This document shows, one piece after another, positions 61,963 to 64,000 of a stretch of DNA of 64,000 nucleotides. Below the pieces are notes generated by a model, which made no database searches, had not been told where the DNA came from, and saw only the letters and a list, made by a program, of their open reading frames with translations. Location of the stretch: the NCBI GenBank assembly GCA_963754655.1, contig CAVWGN010000001.1, positions 1,376,001 through 1,440,000 on the forward strand, given 5' to 3'. Made by a program: the position numbers and the translations under genes. This stretch comes from an uncultured Chlamydiae bacterium. Its GTDB lineage: Bacteria > Chlamydiota > Chlamydiia > Chlamydiales > Parachlamydiaceae. Every line of letters starts with the position of its first letter. Within the stretch, counting starts at the first letter, position 1.

Positions 61963-63168
61963 AAGAGCTTACCGATATGAATTAAAGCCGAATATCGCTC
62001 AGCGCATCCTCTTAGCCAAGCATGCAGGATCTGCTCGGTTTGCTTATAACTGGGGGCTTGCTGCAAGAATTGAAAAATATGAAAAAGATGGAATATCTAC
62101 TAACGCTATTGAACAGCACCGATTACTCAATAATTTGAAGGGGTCACAATTTTCTTGGATGTATGAGGTGTCAAAATGTGCGCCCCAAGAGGCTTTGAGA
62201 GATCTTGATCGAGCTTTTCAGAATTTTTTCCACCGCCAGAAGAGTGGTAAGAAAGGAGGATTCCCAAAATTTAAGAGAAAGGGGATCAACGATCATTTCC
62301 GATTAACGGGAACCATTAAAGTTAATAAGCAATCCATTCAATTACCTCGTTTGGGTATCATTCGACTTAAAGAGTGTGCAGAAGTACGAGGAAGAATTCT
62401 TTCCGCTACAGTTTCTCGTCAAGCAGATCGGTGGTATGTTAGTGTAACGGTAGAGTGTGAAATAGAAAATTCCCAGCCAGTTGAAGGACCAGCGATTGGC
62501 ATTGATGTCGGGCTAACCTCTTTTGTTACAACTTCAGAAGGTGAAAAAACTATTTCACCAAAGCCTTTAAATAAATCGCTTAAAAAGATAAGAGTATTAA
62601 ATAAAAAACAAAGTCGCAAACAAAAGGGTTCTAGTAATTATAAGAAATCATCTCTTTTGTTAGCCAGACAGCATCGAAAAATCGGCAATCAACGCACTGA
62701 TTTCCATCATAAATTATCAACAAGATTGGCGAAAACCAAGTCAATTATTGTTGTTGAAGATTTGGATGTACAAACTTTGCAGCAAAAGAATAGGTTGATA
62801 GGTTGAGTAGAGGGATTGCCGATGCAGGATGGAGCGGATTTATACGCATGCTTGCCTATAAGACAGAATGGTATGGCTCGAAGCTAATAAGAGCGCCAAG
62901 GTATTATTCTTCTTCAAAAATCTGTTCTCATTGTCAGCATAAAGCCATCCAAATGCCGCTGAACATCAGGGAATGGGTCTGTCAACGTTGCAGTACACAA
63001 CACGATAGAGACATTAATGCAGCCAAAAATTTATTAAAATTGAGTACCGTGAGTTCCACGGGAATTTACGCTTGTGGAGATTCCTCTTGTGGGATAGGCC
63101 AAAAGTCTATTAGCAATGTATCGATGAAGCAAGAAGTAATGAATGGTATATTTGTCCATAAGTTATAG
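61952..63168 (+). pseudogene. tnpB: TnpB RNA-guided nuclease, frameshifted by an 8-bp tandem duplication
   Basis: RuvC GIDVG / VVEDL / DRDINAAKN, Zn finger CSHC..CQRC; ATAGGTTG duplicated at 62790-62805, removing one copy restores KNRLSRGIADAGW. Confidence 0.92.
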
Positions 63169-63189
63169 AACGGTAAGTAAAGCTTATTT

Positions 63190-63573
63190 TTATGCCTGAG
63201 TTTTTCCGACCCAAATGGCAAAAGCTGTGGCATATTGCTGACAATGACTAAGCGAAACATGGAGGGTGGTGAGATCGCCAAATAGTTCTTGTGCGAATGG
63301 CGAGAAAATAGCGATTGGTTTACCTGTGGGATGATTTCGAATCTCAATATCTAACCAAGTCAGTCCTTGGGAAAATCCTGTTCCCAAGGCCTTTACAATG
63401 GCTTCTTTAGCTGCAAAGCGGCCTGCTAAGTGAAGAGCAGGCTCTTTGCGTTTGAGACAATAGTCCTGCTCATAGGAGGTAAATACGCGATTGAGAAATC
63501 GCTGTGAATAACGGGTAAGAACTGCTTGAATGCGGGCAGTTTCCACAATGTCATTACCAATTCCCAAAATCAT
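63190..63573 (-). CDS. acpS: Holo-ACP synthase
   Basis: GIGNDIVE, AGRFAAKEAIVKALGTG, GKP, VSLSH. Confidence 0.96.
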   Translation of the reverse strand: MILGIGNDIVETARIQAVLTRYSQRFLNRVFTSYEQDYCLKRKEPALHLAGRFAAKEAIVKALGTGFSQGLTWLDIEIRNHPTGKPIAIFSPFAQELFGDLTTLHVSLSHCQQYATAFAIWVGKTQA

Positions 63574-64000
63574 AAAGCCAGAAAATTTTTATGTGTCTCA
63601 AGCTCTTGACTATTATTTGAAAAATCATCCTCTGTCAACAGACTTCCCTCTTCTGCTGCATTGCAGAAAATCATTCTACCCGAAGAAGTGTGCTTAACAG
63701 ACAAGACATAAGCTTTAATTGTTTCCCCAATAAATTCAGCTCCTCCATTGACAACTACCATTGTTCCATCTTCCAGGTAACCCACACCTTGACGAGCCTC
63801 TTTACCATAGCGTTGAATCTTGATGTTAATCGATTCGCCTGCTTGTGTAATAGGTTTGAGGGCATTGGAAAGCATATGAATGTTGATAATTCTTACACCT
63901 TCAATCGACGCTTGTTGAATGCGATTAATATCTGATGTAATGATATGCGTATCCATGAAGCGAGCTAAGCGAATGAGCTTCATCATCGGATCTTTAATTT
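63570..64000 (-). CDS. PIN/TRAM domain protein (YacL-like), 3' part; start lies outside the window
   Basis: IITSDIN, ALKP, GKEARQGVGYLEDGTMVVV, TSSGRMIF. Confidence 0.88.
   Translation of the reverse strand, partial: IKDPMMKLIRLARFMDTHIITSDINRIQQASIEGVRIINIHMLSNALKPITQAGESINIKIQRYGKEARQGVGYLEDGTMVVVNGGAEFIGETIKAYVLSVKHTSSGRMIFCNAAEEGSLLTEDDFSNNSQELETHKNFLAL

Larger units (their letters stand above)
61337..63173 (+). mobile_element. IS607-family element
   Basis: tnpA+tnpB; GG at both junctions (..GAAAAGGG|CTGCG and ..AGAACGG|TAAG); empty site visible in the paralogous spacers at ~54522-54552 and ~58854-58886. Confidence 0.92.

Noticed and set aside
62803..63168. Separate 121-aa zinc-ribbon gene
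   Set aside because: It is the 3' half of the frameshifted tnpB

Overview
AT-rich bacterial window that looks like an environmental chlamydia (Parachlamydiaceae-like). This is an inference from the gene order bamA-recR..fabH-fabD-fabG-acpP..cNMP-binding/NTT-HEAT and trxB..acpS, plus an F-box gene expansion. About 30 kb is taken up by one paralog family: 19 genes (17 open frames, 2 pseudogenes) plus one orphan 3' fragment. Each has an N-terminal F-box-like motif, a conserved ~170-aa linker with one hypervariable loop, and about 5-12 copies of a 75-bp/25-aa DUF4116-type repeat with three hypervariable positions. They form a 12-gene tandem array (23.2-45.3 kb), a 5-gene array (50.7-61.1 kb) that co-duplicated fragments of the neighbouring PIN/TRAM-acpS locus, and two singletons. 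Repeat blocks are shuffled between copies, including between the two arrays. A second layer is non-coding: modular REP/REPIN-like palindromes of 260-540 bp whose two arms change together, one duplicated pair has its central spacer flipped, and they attract IS/MITE insertions. A decayed IS200-like (RAYT-type) tyrosine transposase flanked by inverted REPs sits at 22.3-23.0 kb. Also present: an intact IS256, an IS607 whose tnpB is broken by an 8-bp duplication, and an in-frame MITE-like insertion in a HAMP-domain gene. No rRNA, tRNA, CRISPR array or reverse transcriptase was recognised. All family assignments are by eye from motifs; no database search was run.
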